Positions 9,336 through 19,515 of a stretch of DNA of 64,000 nt are shown here, one piece after another. Every line of letters starts with the position of its first letter. Within the stretch, counting starts at the first letter, position 1. The stretch comes from a virus: the IMG/VR virus record IMGVR_UViG_3300043424_000514, positions 8,871-72,870 of that record. One strand, 5' to 3'. Made by a program: the position numbers and the translations under genes. The notes beneath the pieces were generated by a model, which saw only the letters and a program-made list of their open reading frames with translations, was not told the DNA's origin and did not search any database.

Positions 9336-10678
9336 TGCCTGAATTTATTAAAGCGTATCTTGGAACGACTCCTTTGTTTTCAAACGAAGCGCCTAAAACA
9401 TACCGCTCGTCGGATTCATACACCCGCCCTGCTGAATGGTTGGCCCTCCCGTCTGCCGCCGCGAACGAGGTTCGCGCCCTCCACGCTGTTTTCGACAATA
9501 CGGAAAATTTTTGCACGGTTCGGATGAATACGACCGATGCCTCGACTTATTTTATTGATTGGGGCGATGGGCAAATAGAAACCGCAACATCCAATTCGCT
9601 TCGCACTCATGTCTATGACTATTCTAATGCGGCTTTGGATTCTGCAACCGTAACCAAGTTCGGTTACAAGCAATGCTTAGTTCGCATCTATCCTCAAGCC
9701 GGGAAAACTTTTTCCAGATTTGACCTCGGCGTGAAGGCTACTTCCCCAGCAGGTTTGCAAACCTACTCAAGTGGATGGTTGGACATGAATATCAACCTGC
9801 CGAATCTTGTGGCTGGACTTAATCTAGTCCTCGGAAGCAGTGCAATTAGGCATGGTTTCTTGGAAAGAGTCAACATCACATCTTGGGGCGCGATAACCTC
9901 ATTGAACGGAGCTTTTAGGCTATGCGTTCGGCTTCGTTCCCTAAACGAGCATGAATGGAACACGACTAATATCACAAGTCTTAATGGGGCGTTTTTTTCA
10001 TGTTGGGCTTTAACGACCCTTGATGCTTCAAACTGGAACACGGCAAATGTCACGAACTTTGGGGATATGTTCCGTGACGCTATCGCAATCACCGCCATAA
10101 AAATGCCCCCTCAATTCATCACCCAGACTGCAACCGTGATGGTGAATATGTTTTTTGGTGCGAATAGTCTGCAAGAGCTGGATTGCTCGAATTGGGACAC
10201 ACAAAATGTAACCTCGCTCGCTTATGTTTTCAACGGATGCGCCCTACCGCGAGTTGATGTTTCAAACTGGAACACTGCCAAGGTCACCACGATCAACAAT
10301 ATGTTTCAAGGTTGTATTTTATTGCAATCAATAAATTTAACAAACTGGAACTTGAATCTCTGCACCAATGCTACCACGGCTTTTAACAACTGTCCCAGCC
10401 TTCGTGAATTGCTGGGGTGCAACATTTCTGCCGCAACCTCCCTCGGCACTCCGTTTCTTGCAGGATGCAACTCGCTTTCCAAGATGACTTTAACCGGCAT
10501 GAATGCGACATTTAATGTGACTAACTGCAATTTGAGTGGCGCGGCGCTGAATACGATTTACGCCAACCTCTCATCAAATGGAACGGGCAAAACGATTGGC
10601 GTAGCTGGGAACCACGGCATCGCAACTCACGACACCTCAATCGCGACCGCAAAAGGCTGGACCGTAGCAATAGTTTAA
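9335..10678 (+). CDS. BspA/DUF285-type leucine-rich-repeat protein, probable receptor-binding
   Basis: IDWGDG motif; repeated W(N/D)T.NVT....(M/A)F units of about 25 aa; C-terminal IATAKGWTV. Confidence 0.8.
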   Translation: MPEFIKAYLGTTPLFSNEAPKTYRSSDSYTRPAEWLALPSAAANEVRALHAVFDNTENFCTVRMNTTDASTYFIDWGDGQIETATSNSLRTHVYDYSNAALDSATVTKFGYKQCLVRIYPQAGKTFSRFDLGVKATSPAGLQTYSSGWLDMNINLPNLVAGLNLVLGSSAIRHGFLERVNITSWGAITSLNGAFRLCVRLRSLNEHEWNTTNITSLNGAFFSCWALTTLDASNWNTANVTNFGDMFRDAIAITAIKMPPQFITQTATVMVNMFFGANSLQELDCSNWDTQNVTSLAYVFNGCALPRVDVSNWNTAKVTTINNMFQGCILLQSINLTNWNLNLCTNATTAFNNCPSLRELLGCNISAATSLGTPFLAGCNSLSKMTLTGMNATFNVTNCNLSGAALNTIYANLSSNGTGKTIGVAGNHGIATHDTSIATAKGWTVAIV

Positions 10679-10679
10679 T

Positions 10680-10859
10680 ATGGACGATACATCCGGCTTT
10701 TACAAAAACGATAACGGCGAGCTATTATATGGCACTAAAATTTACGGGCCATACGAGCAATACCTCCTAACCAAACAGGAAAAAAATAATCATTCGTATC
10801 CTGTGGACGGGTGGCATTGGTTCGACAGCGAAGAGGAAGCGCGAGGAGCTTTGCTATGA
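10680..10859 (+). CDS. small hypothetical protein (59 aa, below ORF-track cutoff)
   Basis: hand-translated MDDTSGFYKNDNGELLYG...YPVDGWHWFDSEEEARGALL; fills the gap exactly, with ATGA overlap to next gene. Confidence 0.7.
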   Translation: MDDTSGFYKNDNGELLYGTKIYGPYEQYLLTKQEKNNHSYPVDGWHWFDSEEEARGALL

Positions 10860-11173
10860 CGCCCGACGCCGCTCTTAACACGATCTCGCACATCAGTAGT
10901 CAAAGCGATCGGTGGATATTTGTCGCTTTGTTGGCGATCGGGATTTTTGCCGCGTGGATGTTATTCAAGCATTTCACTGCCCGCGAGCAAGCCCTCGAAG
11001 CCAAAATCGACCGGATCGGCGCGGAGAGTCGGGAGCAAAACCAGCAGTTCATCACTCACTTGCAGACGGCCAACCGCGAACTCACCCAAATCCTCACCGA
11101 GACCAACGCCACGCTCCACCGGAACGCGACGCTCATGGAGCGGGTCGAACGAAAGCTCGAAAAGAGTTTATGA
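10856..11173 (+). CDS. membrane protein of lysis cassette (i-spanin- or holin-like)
   Basis: one TM helix (WIFVALLAIGIFAAWMLF) followed by coiled coil. Confidence 0.55.
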   Translation: MTPDAALNTISHISSQSDRWIFVALLAIGIFAAWMLFKHFTAREQALEAKIDRIGAESREQNQQFITHLQTANRELTQILTETNATLHRNATLMERVERKLEKSL

Positions 11174-11394
11174 ATAGAGCCCTACTATTTTGTATCACAT
11201 TAGTATTTACCGGCTGTGTCAGCGTCCCCATCCCTCCGATCGGCGATCGCGTGGGAGAATTAGGCAACCTCAAACTCAGCGTCAAAGTTTCCTACGAACC
11301 CAAATCCTCCCCCGAACGACCGCCGAGCGATTCCATGGCTTTTGCCTGGGAGCAATTCGGCTTAACGCAACCCAAACTGTTAAAAGACAAATGA
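11170..11394 (+). CDS. lipoprotein, o-spanin candidate
   Basis: MNRALLFCITLVFTG-C lipobox, Pro-rich mature part, within lysis cassette. Confidence 0.6.
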   Translation: MNRALLFCITLVFTGCVSVPIPPIGDRVGELGNLKLSVKVSYEPKSSPERPPSDSMAFAWEQFGLTQPKLLKDK

Positions 11395-11564
11395 AAATAG
11401 TAAACATCGTCATCGAACGACTCAGTGAAAATTCCACCTGGCGCGGGCTCATCCTCGTCGTCACCGCCCTAGGGCTCCGTTTGGAGCCAGAGCTTCAGAA
11501 TCAGATCGTTGCGGCGGGCCTCTCACTCGTCGGCCTCATCAACATCGTTCGCAAGGGTAAGTGA
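11391..11564 (+). CDS. holin
   Basis: 57 aa, RLSENSTWRGL motif, two hydrophobic segments, basic C-terminus, directly before endolysin. Confidence 0.7.
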   Translation: MKIVNIVIERLSENSTWRGLILVVTALGLRLEPELQNQIVAAGLSLVGLINIVRKGK

Positions 11565-12145
11565 CCCAAGAGCAAATCCAGCGGATGCAACGGCGCATTG
11601 GCGTCGTGCCGGACGGGTTCTGGGGCCCCAAGTCCCAGGCCCGTTGCCGCGAGCATCTGCGCTCGCTGATGCCGAGCCCGAACCCATGGCCGCACTCCAC
11701 GCAAGCGGCGCTCCGTGAGTTCTATGGCGAGCCAGGGGATGAATCGAACCTCGTCACGATCGAGTTTCCCTTCCCCATGTATTACGATGGGAAGCTCGTC
11801 AAAAAATCCCGCTGCCATCTGAAGGTCGCGCCTTCCCTGACGCGGATTCTCCAAGCGATCGGGAGCCTGCACGGCAAAGATCGCGAGGTCATGGAAGAGG
11901 CCGAGGACTACGGCGGTATCTTCAACTTTCGACAAAAACGCGGCGGAAACTCGTTTTCTGTCCATGCTTGGGGGGCGGCAATCGACCTCGACGCCGACGA
12001 CAACACTTTTCGCGACACCTGGCCGCTGAAGGCCGATATGCCCCTGGAGATCATGGAGGCTTTCGCCCGCGAAGGCTGGCAGAGCGCCGGAGCCTTCTGG
12101 GGCTACGACGCCATGCACTTCGAGGCGACCCGCCCTAGGGCTTGA
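11561..12145 (+). CDS. endolysin, M15-family peptidase with N-terminal peptidoglycan-binding motif
   Basis: DGFWGPKS; SVHAWGAAIDL and DAMHFE zinc-ligand motifs. Confidence 0.88.
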   Translation: MTQEQIQRMQRRIGVVPDGFWGPKSQARCREHLRSLMPSPNPWPHSTQAALREFYGEPGDESNLVTIEFPFPMYYDGKLVKKSRCHLKVAPSLTRILQAIGSLHGKDREVMEEAEDYGGIFNFRQKRGGNSFSVHAWGAAIDLDADDNTFRDTWPLKADMPLEIMEAFAREGWQSAGAFWGYDAMHFEATRPRA

Positions 12146-12149
12146 ATTT

Positions 12150-13187
12150 ATGCCAAAAAAACAACCCGCAGCCAACAATGTTTGGCAGGAGATCGAACGC
12201 TCCTCCACGACTCGCGCCCACCGCTCCGAGGTGGACGACCTGAAGAAACAGATCGCAAGCTACCAGCAGGCGATCGAAGAGTTGAGCGCCAGCATGGATG
12301 TCGCGTCCCTGCTGAAGGAGTCGCCCGCAAGCAACCGCACCTACGCCATCGAGCGCAAAGGCAAATCCTCCACGGAATCCGCCGCGGTTGTCGTAGCGAG
12401 CGATTGGCACTGCGAGGAATCGGTCGATCCCCGCACGGTCTCGCACCTCAACACCTTTAACTTGGAGGTGGCCGATCAACGCATCGAGCGGTTTGCCAAG
12501 TCGGCGATCCGACTCCTCGAAATCCAGCGCGGTGGCTGCGACATCCCGATTTGCATTCTCGCGCTGTTGGGAGATTTGATGTCCGGTTTTATTCACGAGG
12601 AATTGCGGGAGGAAAACGAACTCACTCCCACCCAAACCGTTCTGTGGCTCAAAGAGCGCGTGGCGAAATTCATCAACACCTTCCGCAAAGAGGGAGGCTT
12701 TGACCACATCATCATTCCCTGCTCGGTGGGCAACCACGGTCGCACCACAGTCAAGCCCCGCCATGGGACGAGTTGGAAGAACTCCTACGAGTGGCTCCTT
12801 TACAAAATCTTGGAGCAAGAGATCACTGACAAGGTGACATGGGTTATTGGGGAGTCGTATCACACCTACCTCGATGTCTATGGCAAGACCTTCCGCCTGC
12901 ACCATGGGGACGGATTGAAATTTCAGGGGGGCGTGGGCGGGCTCACCATACCCGTCGAGAAAGCCATCTCAAACTGGAACAAGGGCCGCGTAGCGGACCT
13001 CGATATTTTCGGGCATTGGCATCAGAGCCAACAAAATCCGAAGTGGGTATCAAACGGGAGCCTCATCGGCCACAACGCCTACTCCATCGCCATCAAAGCG
13101 CCCTATGAACCGCCCCAGCAAACGCTCTTTCTTTTCAATGCGAAGCGCGGACGCACCGGCACCTGGCCCATCTTTTTAGAAGATTAA
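12150..13187 (+). CDS. calcineurin-like metallophosphoesterase
   Basis: SDWH, GD, GNHG, HHGD, GHWH motifs in canonical order. Confidence 0.85.
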   Translation: MPKKQPAANNVWQEIERSSTTRAHRSEVDDLKKQIASYQQAIEELSASMDVASLLKESPASNRTYAIERKGKSSTESAAVVVASDWHCEESVDPRTVSHLNTFNLEVADQRIERFAKSAIRLLEIQRGGCDIPICILALLGDLMSGFIHEELREENELTPTQTVLWLKERVAKFINTFRKEGGFDHIIIPCSVGNHGRTTVKPRHGTSWKNSYEWLLYKILEQEITDKVTWVIGESYHTYLDVYGKTFRLHHGDGLKFQGGVGGLTIPVEKAISNWNKGRVADLDIFGHWHQSQQNPKWVSNGSLIGHNAYSIAIKAPYEPPQQTLFLFNAKRGRTGTWPIFLED

Positions 13188-13199
13188 CCCTGTAAACTT

Positions 13200-13616
13200 A
13201 TGAACCCTTGGAAAGCCCTCGTCGTTAAACACAAAGCCAAAAGCGTAAAGCCCATCCCCGAGGGGTGGCTCACCCGCGCCCAAGTCGCCGAAAAACTCGG
13301 ATGCTCCGAGTCCCGAGTGAACGAAAACCTCCGCTCGGCGATCAAGGCCAAAGATGTTTTGATGGATAAATTTGCGGTGTGGGACGCGCTCGAAGGCAAG
13401 GTCGTTTCGATCCCCTGTTATTCGATCGCAACCCGCAAATCCTCGGAATCGGCTCCTGCGAAAAGCAAACGCTGGCCTTACCCCGTGGGAACCAAGGTTC
13501 GCCGGTATGACAGCACCCAAACGGGGGTGGTGATTTCAGGCGGGCGCATCGAGTGGGCGAACGGGCACATCAGCACGCCAAAAGGTAGCTCGACTCAAAA
13601 GATTCTCGCAGTGTGA
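13200..13616 (+). CDS. putative HTH DNA-binding protein
   Basis: WLTRAQVAEKLGCSESRV helix-turn-helix-like segment. Confidence 0.5.
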   Translation: MNPWKALVVKHKAKSVKPIPEGWLTRAQVAEKLGCSESRVNENLRSAIKAKDVLMDKFAVWDALEGKVVSIPCYSIATRKSSESAPAKSKRWPYPVGTKVRRYDSTQTGVVISGGRIEWANGHISTPKGSSTQKILAV

Positions 13617-13900
13617 AAAAAACCTCCGGCAGAGTCCGAATCCGTGGCAAGTGGTGGAAAATCGAAATAAAGCGGCTCGCGCCTATCAAAAAAGAAGGCG
13701 GCTGGTCCTCGCTCCACGGACTCTGTGATTATTCCAAGCGAACGATTTACTTGAACCCGCAATTCAACATGAAGGCGACTCTGCGGCATGAAGTAACCCA
13801 CGCCTGCCAGCCCGACCTGGACGAGCCCACGGTGGAGGAGATCGAGGACGCCCATGAAAATGCCGACAAAGTTTTTGAAAAACTGGTTGCCGAATGTTAA
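13613..13900 (+). CDS. small zincin-like metallopeptidase
   Basis: GLCDY..RTIYL...TLRHEVTHA (HExxH). Confidence 0.65.
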   Translation: MKKTSGRVRIRGKWWKIEIKRLAPIKKEGGWSSLHGLCDYSKRTIYLNPQFNMKATLRHEVTHACQPDLDEPTVEEIEDAHENADKVFEKLVAEC

Positions 13901-13905
13901 TAACC
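13875..13905 (+). promoter_or_regulatory. putative promoter TTGAAA-N17-TAATAACC
   Basis: matches the recurrent late-arm motif; precedes the portal operon. Confidence 0.5.
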
Positions 13906-13922
13906 TTGTAGAATAATAACCC

Positions 13923-14690
13923 ATGCTGCTTGTCATCCCGTTTGCCGAAAAGTCTCTGCCTCTGTATCAGCACCTTTTTTCCCTAGGGGGCGTGGCGATG
14001 CACGATGTTTTGCTGGTCGGCGGGAACCGCGATGTCGCCGAGATCGAGAAGGCGCTCAACATTTTGAAGGGAGCTTTTGCCAACGCGGATGTTTTCACAG
14101 GCGACCATGTTTACACCTCGCGGAACAAACTCTTTCACGACACGGCGCACTACCTCGACCTCGTGGGCTGCACCGATCCGTGGTATTGGTTCGACGAGAC
14201 CTGCTGCCCGCTGCGCCCTTCATGGCTGACGGAGATCGCAAAGGAGTATTTCGCCGCGAAGATGCCCTACCTCGGAGCCACCGAGCGTAGCGTGGAGCGC
14301 AACCCTGCCACGGGGAAGCCCTATGAGGAGCCGCCGCGCCTGATCGCTTCGTCGATCTACCCGCCCGATCTTTACCTGCGGAGCACGCTGATCCGCCGCT
14401 TGGGCTACGGTCCGAAGGAGACGCCGTGGAATGTGACGATGCGGTTCGAGATTCGCAAGGAAGCCGCGACTTCCAAGCTCATCCAAAACCAAGCGGGCAC
14501 CTCGAATTATCGGGGTGGTCCTGATGGGAAGTATTTTTTCAAAGAAGCCCCTGGGGTGAACGCCGAGCCGATTGCCCCGCACACGGCAGTCGTCGCCGGA
14601 GTCTCCGATGGGTCTGTGCTCGAAGTCCTCAACCCCAAGCCCAAACCGGCCAAGAAAAAATCCGATGAATCTGAACCACTCTCCGCTTGA
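13923..14690 (+). CDS. hypothetical protein, possibly glycosyltransferase-like
   Basis: PWYWFDETCCPLRPSWL resembles a degenerate GT-A DxD region; weak. Confidence 0.4.
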   Translation: MLLVIPFAEKSLPLYQHLFSLGGVAMHDVLLVGGNRDVAEIEKALNILKGAFANADVFTGDHVYTSRNKLFHDTAHYLDLVGCTDPWYWFDETCCPLRPSWLTEIAKEYFAAKMPYLGATERSVERNPATGKPYEEPPRLIASSIYPPDLYLRSTLIRRLGYGPKETPWNVTMRFEIRKEAATSKLIQNQAGTSNYRGGPDGKYFFKEAPGVNAEPIAPHTAVVAGVSDGSVLEVLNPKPKPAKKKSDESEPLSA

Positions 14691-16995
14691 ACTGAAGGGG
14701 CTCGACCCCGTGACCGGCGAAGTCCCTTGCGCCCGCGTGGGCGATGTGGACGCCGCCCGCTCGATTTACCTCTCGCTGAAAAAAGCCGACGAAGGCAGCA
14801 GCCGCAACCGCGCTTTGATCGACGGGATGTTCAACGGAGCGCCGCCCTTCAACGCCAACGATCTGAAAGAGGTCGGGCAAGGCGAGCGCACGAATCTGGA
14901 TTTCGGCGAAGCCGCCGCGCTCAAGGATCAAGCCCTCGCAGGCTACTACGATCTGACGAACTCGGTCGATATGCTCGCCCGCGTTCGCACCACTTACGGA
15001 AGCCCCGAGCAAGCCGCCGAGTGGAGCGAAATCATCGGCGAGGAGTTCCACCGCACCCTTCGCGGATGGAGCGAGTTTGAATTTAACCACCAGCGGCTCT
15101 CGGATTATTTCGTGAGCCACGGCGTCGGTGTCTCGTATTTCGAGGACGAACTGGATTGGCGCTGGCGCGTAACGGGGCTCAATGAATTTCGCATCCCCCG
15201 AGGCACGCGGGCGAGCGAGGCCGAGATCGAGGTCGCCACAGTGGACCGCGAATACCGCGCCGACGAGCTTTACGGATTTATCCGCGACCCTGAGATCGCC
15301 GCCTCCCTGGGGTGGGATGTCGCCACGGTCAAAGAAGCCCTGAAGCGGGCTTGCGCTCAAGACACCACAACCTCCCTGGGGGACTGGGAGAAATTGGAGG
15401 TAGAGCTAAAAAACAACGACATCCTTTACGGCACTGCCAAGAGCAAGGTCGTTAAAGTCGTTCATATGTGGGTGAAGGAATTTTGCGGCTGTGTGTCGCA
15501 TTTGATTTTCCTGCAAGAGCCGCTTCCCACCGATGTCGGCGCGATCAAGGAGAGCTTCCTTTACCGAAAAGAAAAACGCTTCGACACGCCGACGCAATGC
15601 TGGGTGACATTCACCTACGGCGTCGGCAACGGCACCTACCACGGCATCCGCGGGCTGGGCTTCAAAATCTACCCGCACATTCAAGTGCTCAACCGCCTGC
15701 GTTGCGGCATGGTGGATGGGGCGCTGCTCTCCTCCTCGCTCATCGTGCAGCCGAGCGACAGCAGCACTCGCGCTCTCGATGACCTGACACTCACCTACTA
15801 CGGCCCTTACGCCCTGTTCCCGCCTGGCTTGAAGATCGTGGACAAAGCCGTCCCGAACCTTCAGCAGAACATCATCCCCGTGATTAACGACATGGCGATG
15901 CAGATGAGCAACAACACGGGGGCCTACCAGACCCGTGCCAACACGGGCGACAGCAATCAAGCCCGCACCGCCTACGAGGTGAAGGCGCAGTTGCAGAAAG
16001 AGGCCGTGCTGTCCAACGCCTCGATCAACCTTTTCTACCACCCGTGGAAGCGGCTTCTCACCGAGGTCTTCCGCCGCCTCACACGCCGCGATTACAACGC
16101 CCGCGAGCCAGGCGGCAAGGAAGCGGTAGAGTTCCGCAAACGCCTTCTTAAACGCGGCGTGCCTGAAGAAGCGATTCACCGCGTCATCAATGTCGAGCCA
16201 GTGCGGGCGATCGGCTACGGAAGCCCCGCGATGCGAATGGCGGCGATTGACGAGACCATGTCGATCTTCGGCTCGCTCGATGAAATGGGCCGCATCAACC
16301 TGCTCCGCGACCGCGTGGCGGCTCGTTTCGGACAGGAAGTGGTGGACCGCTACATTCCTTCCCCGCAGACGACGCTCCGCCCGCCATTGGATTTCAAGAT
16401 CGCGGTCTTGGAGAACGCAACGATGTCCACGGGAAGCCCGATCCCCGTGAGCCCTGGGGAAAATCATTTCATCCACGCCTCCACCCACCTCAACGCGATG
16501 GACCAACTCGACCGCGCCGTGGCCGAGGGAGCAAGCAACCCGATGGAAGCATTGAGCGCCTTCAAAATGTTCTTGCCGCATTTGGGCGAGCATTTGTCCC
16601 AGTTGGGCAGCGACCTCGTTCGCAAAGACCAGGTCGCCCTCATGCGCCAGCGCCACCAGCAACTCAGCGCCAGCGCCCAACGCCTCGCTGACGAGTTGCA
16701 GGCGATGCAGGAGAACCAGCAGAAAGCCCAACAAGCCGAAGCCGAGCGCCAACAGACCGCCCTCATGGCCGAGTATCAGGCGATGCAGAAGAAGCTCGCC
16801 GAGTCCGAGCAGTTGAGCCCTGAGGCCCAGCAACGGCTTCTGGAGCGCCGCGCCGAACTGCAAATGAAAATCGAGAAGCACCAAGCTGACCTGCAAATGA
16901 AGGACGCGCAGACCGCCCAGAAGCTCGCTTTGGAAGACGCCAAAGCCGCCGCGAAGATTCGCTCGATGACGACTCCCGCCACTCCACAACCATGA
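14665..16995 (+). CDS. portal protein
   Basis: about 776 aa, RTAYEV motif, Gln-rich coiled-coil C-terminal barrel as in P22-like portals, upstream of scaffold and capsid. Confidence 0.75.
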   Translation: MNLNHSPLELKGLDPVTGEVPCARVGDVDAARSIYLSLKKADEGSSRNRALIDGMFNGAPPFNANDLKEVGQGERTNLDFGEAAALKDQALAGYYDLTNSVDMLARVRTTYGSPEQAAEWSEIIGEEFHRTLRGWSEFEFNHQRLSDYFVSHGVGVSYFEDELDWRWRVTGLNEFRIPRGTRASEAEIEVATVDREYRADELYGFIRDPEIAASLGWDVATVKEALKRACAQDTTTSLGDWEKLEVELKNNDILYGTAKSKVVKVVHMWVKEFCGCVSHLIFLQEPLPTDVGAIKESFLYRKEKRFDTPTQCWVTFTYGVGNGTYHGIRGLGFKIYPHIQVLNRLRCGMVDGALLSSSLIVQPSDSSTRALDDLTLTYYGPYALFPPGLKIVDKAVPNLQQNIIPVINDMAMQMSNNTGAYQTRANTGDSNQARTAYEVKAQLQKEAVLSNASINLFYHPWKRLLTEVFRRLTRRDYNAREPGGKEAVEFRKRLLKRGVPEEAIHRVINVEPVRAIGYGSPAMRMAAIDETMSIFGSLDEMGRINLLRDRVAARFGQEVVDRYIPSPQTTLRPPLDFKIAVLENATMSTGSPIPVSPGENHFIHASTHLNAMDQLDRAVAEGASNPMEALSAFKMFLPHLGEHLSQLGSDLVRKDQVALMRQRHQQLSASAQRLADELQAMQENQQKAQQAEAERQQTALMAEYQAMQKKLAESEQLSPEAQQRLLERRAELQMKIEKHQADLQMKDAQTAQKLALEDAKAAAKIRSMTTPATPQP

Positions 16996-17210
16996 GAGAC
17001 TACCGCGCCGAATACGACAACTACCACGCCCGCCCCGATCAGAAAAAGAAACGGGCGAATCGCAACGCCGCCCGCCGGAAGCTGGCCCGCGAGGGCCGCG
17101 TGAAGAAAGGCGACGGGATGGATGTCCACCACAAGGACGGCAACCCGCTCAACAACAACCCTGGCAACCTGCAAGCCCTGCGGGCGAAAATCAATCGCTC
17201 CTTGAAATAA
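16992..17210 (+). CDS. HNH endonuclease
   Basis: DVHHKDGNPLNN...NL......NR motif. Confidence 0.8.
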   Translation: MRDYRAEYDNYHARPDQKKKRANRNAARRKLAREGRVKKGDGMDVHHKDGNPLNNNPGNLQALRAKINRSLK

Positions 17211-17447
17211 ATGCCGAGCGCCTTCGACATGGCGAAAAGTTTGCTTACCGACACCGCGAAGTGGGCCAAGAAAGGCTTCAAGCTCGCCTCGGGCGAGGTC
17301 ATCACGAACCGGTTCGAGCAGTGCCAAGCGTGTCCATTTTGGAACTCGAAGGCATGGGGTGGCTCCGGCAAATGCACGGTCTGCGGCTGCTCGACCAAGG
17401 CCAAGCTCGTTCTCGAAACCTCCAAATGCCCGAAAGGGAAATGGTAG
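17211..17447 (+). CDS. small Cys-rich zinc-binding protein
   Basis: CQAC, CTVCGC, CPKGKW. Confidence 0.65.
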   Translation: MPSAFDMAKSLLTDTAKWAKKGFKLASGEVITNRFEQCQACPFWNSKAWGGSGKCTVCGCSTKAKLVLETSKCPKGKW

Positions 17448-17930
17448 ATGGGCCGATTTCTTTTCAATCCCTTCACGCAGAATTTCACGGTGATCCCGAA
17501 GCCGCAGGCCGAAGGGTTTTTCCTGCTCGCGGCCCGCAATGGCAAGCTGGAGTGGGTGGAGCGGGAAGACCCGATGGCAAAGACCGTGACGATCGGCTTC
17601 ACCACCACGGCGACCCGCGAGGTGTCCTCTGTGGGAATCCTCCCCAGGGTGGTGATCGCCCGCGCCGATGCGGCCTATGTGAAAACGATCGAAGACCCAG
17701 GCACCTACACGCACGAGGTCTTGATCGACGACACGGCCAGCAGCACCGCCTCCTACGCGGTGGGCGTGTATCTCGCCCCCGACCAAGCCGCCGCCATCAC
17801 CACGCTCCCCAGCACCGCCATCACCGCGTCCCCTGTGGCCGACAGCAACGGCGACAATGTCGCGTTTATTTATGTGATGACCTTCACGGGTGACGCCTCC
17901 GTGAACATCGACGCCTACGACTCACCATGA
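17448..17930 (+). CDS. putative virion protein
   Basis: N-terminus GRFLFNPFTQNF resembles RFLFNPITSQF of the fibre at 4837. Confidence 0.55.
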   Translation: MGRFLFNPFTQNFTVIPKPQAEGFFLLAARNGKLEWVEREDPMAKTVTIGFTTTATREVSSVGILPRVVIARADAAYVKTIEDPGTYTHEVLIDDTASSTASYAVGVYLAPDQAAAITTLPSTAITASPVADSNGDNVAFIYVMTFTGDASVNIDAYDSP

Positions 17931-18214
17931 CCACGATTGAAACCTTCCGATCCAGCGAGGTGCTTACGAGCGCCTTCGCCGACCTACTGAAACGCCCCGA
18001 GATGAAAGCCGCCATCGAGGCGCTGCGCCAGTTGGGGTGCCCCAGGGAGATCGCTCCGCCGACCGGCGTGGGCTTCTCCGAATGGAACTCGCACCAGAAC
18101 ACGCGCTTCGAGGGCTTCAACCAAGCGATCGACGCGCTCCTCGCCCTCGGCGTGCCGATCAAGCCGCGCAAGAGCGATAGCGACCTCATGCCCAGCCTCG
18201 AACCCGAGGATTGA
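17927..18214 (+). CDS. hypothetical protein (portal-scaffold intervening gene)
   Basis: translationally coupled ORF in the head operon. Confidence 0.55.
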   Translation: MTTIETFRSSEVLTSAFADLLKRPEMKAAIEALRQLGCPREIAPPTGVGFSEWNSHQNTRFEGFNQAIDALLALGVPIKPRKSDSDLMPSLEPED

Positions 18215-18219
18215 ACTTT

Positions 18220-19458
18220 ATGTCAGACACCACCGAAACCACACAGACAACACCCGCGCCCGAGGGGGAACCCCAAGGCAAGGGAGGAATGATGAGCTTC
18301 GACGCCGCCGCGAGTATCGCGGACGCCTTCGCCAAGCTCAAAGACGGCGACGCCGCCCCCGACGCGCCGATCGAAACCGAGCCCACAGGGCCCACAAACC
18401 ACTCTGGGGACAAAGGGCCCGAGGGTGAGGCAGGCAAGCCCGAATCCGAGGAGAAGGAGATCAAAGTCCCCACCTCCGACGACCTCGCCAAGCTGCGCGG
18501 GAAAAAAGCCCCCGCGAAGAAAAAAGAGGAGACCCACGAGCCTTCGGAAGATCGGGGCTTGGAGAATGCCAGTGAGAGCGCGAAGAACGCTTTTGCCGCC
18601 ATGCGAAAAGACCTGAAGGCCGAGCGGGAAAAAGCCGCCGCGCTGGAGGCCCGCCTCGCCGAGTTGGAGAAATCCAAATCCGAGACCGACCCCGAGGAGG
18701 TGCAACGCCTGCGCTCGCAGAACGAGGAGTATGAGCGCGAACTCCAAGTCGCCCGCGTCGAGGCCACCAAGGAGTTCAAGGACGCCGTGGTCGCCCCCAT
18801 GCAGGCGATCCGCGAGTCGATCAGCCAGATCGCCTCGAAATACGAGATTGTGGAAGCCGACATCGTGAACGCCTTCGCTGAGTCCGATGCCAGCGCCCGC
18901 GCTGACAAACTCAGCGACATCGCCGCCGGAATGAACGACCGCGACAAATTCGCCCTCTACGACTTGGAGACCCGCTTCGCCAAGGTGCAGAGCACCCGTC
19001 AGAAAGTGGTCAACAACGCCAAGCTGGCGCTGGAAAAAATCGAGCAACACCGTGAGGAGCAGTCCAAACTTCAAAAAGAGGAATACGGCAAGCGATACAA
19101 CGGCGTGGTGGACAAGGTCATCGAGGAAGGCCGACAGGCTGTGCCGCTCCTGCGCCCGATCGACGGCGACGACGAGTGGAACGGCCAACTCGCCGGAGCC
19201 GAGAAATTCGTGCGCGAACTCGACTTCGAGGGGCTGAACGAGGATTCCCGCGCCCGTGTGGCTTATCGCTCCGCGGTGGCCCCGATCATCTACGGCCAAT
19301 TCGTCTCGCTCTACAATCGGTATCAGGAACTTGAGAAGTCCCTGGAGAAATACCAGAAAGCGACCCCCAAGGCGGGCGGAGGCGGCAGCGCCCCAGCGGC
19401 CCCAGCCAAGGAGGAGTTTGACGACTTCATGTCGGCGCTTAAAGCCAATCTGCGCTAA
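18220..19458 (+). CDS. capsid scaffolding protein
   Basis: acidic disordered N-terminus, coiled coils, directly upstream of major capsid gene. Confidence 0.7.
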   Translation: MSDTTETTQTTPAPEGEPQGKGGMMSFDAAASIADAFAKLKDGDAAPDAPIETEPTGPTNHSGDKGPEGEAGKPESEEKEIKVPTSDDLAKLRGKKAPAKKKEETHEPSEDRGLENASESAKNAFAAMRKDLKAEREKAAALEARLAELEKSKSETDPEEVQRLRSQNEEYERELQVARVEATKEFKDAVVAPMQAIRESISQIASKYEIVEADIVNAFAESDASARADKLSDIAAGMNDRDKFALYDLETRFAKVQSTRQKVVNNAKLALEKIEQHREEQSKLQKEEYGKRYNGVVDKVIEEGRQAVPLLRPIDGDDEWNGQLAGAEKFVRELDFEGLNEDSRARVAYRSAVAPIIYGQFVSLYNRYQELEKSLEKYQKATPKAGGGGSAPAAPAKEEFDDFMSALKANLR

Positions 19459-19476
19459 GAGCTTCCCCTCCCCATG

Positions 19477-19515
19477 ACCCCACAGGGACTTAGTCTCTGT
19501 GGGGTTTTTCTTTTT
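19477..19515 (+). terminator. Rho-independent terminator
   Basis: ACCCCACAGGGAC-tta-GTCTCTGTGGGGT followed by a T run. Confidence 0.75.
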
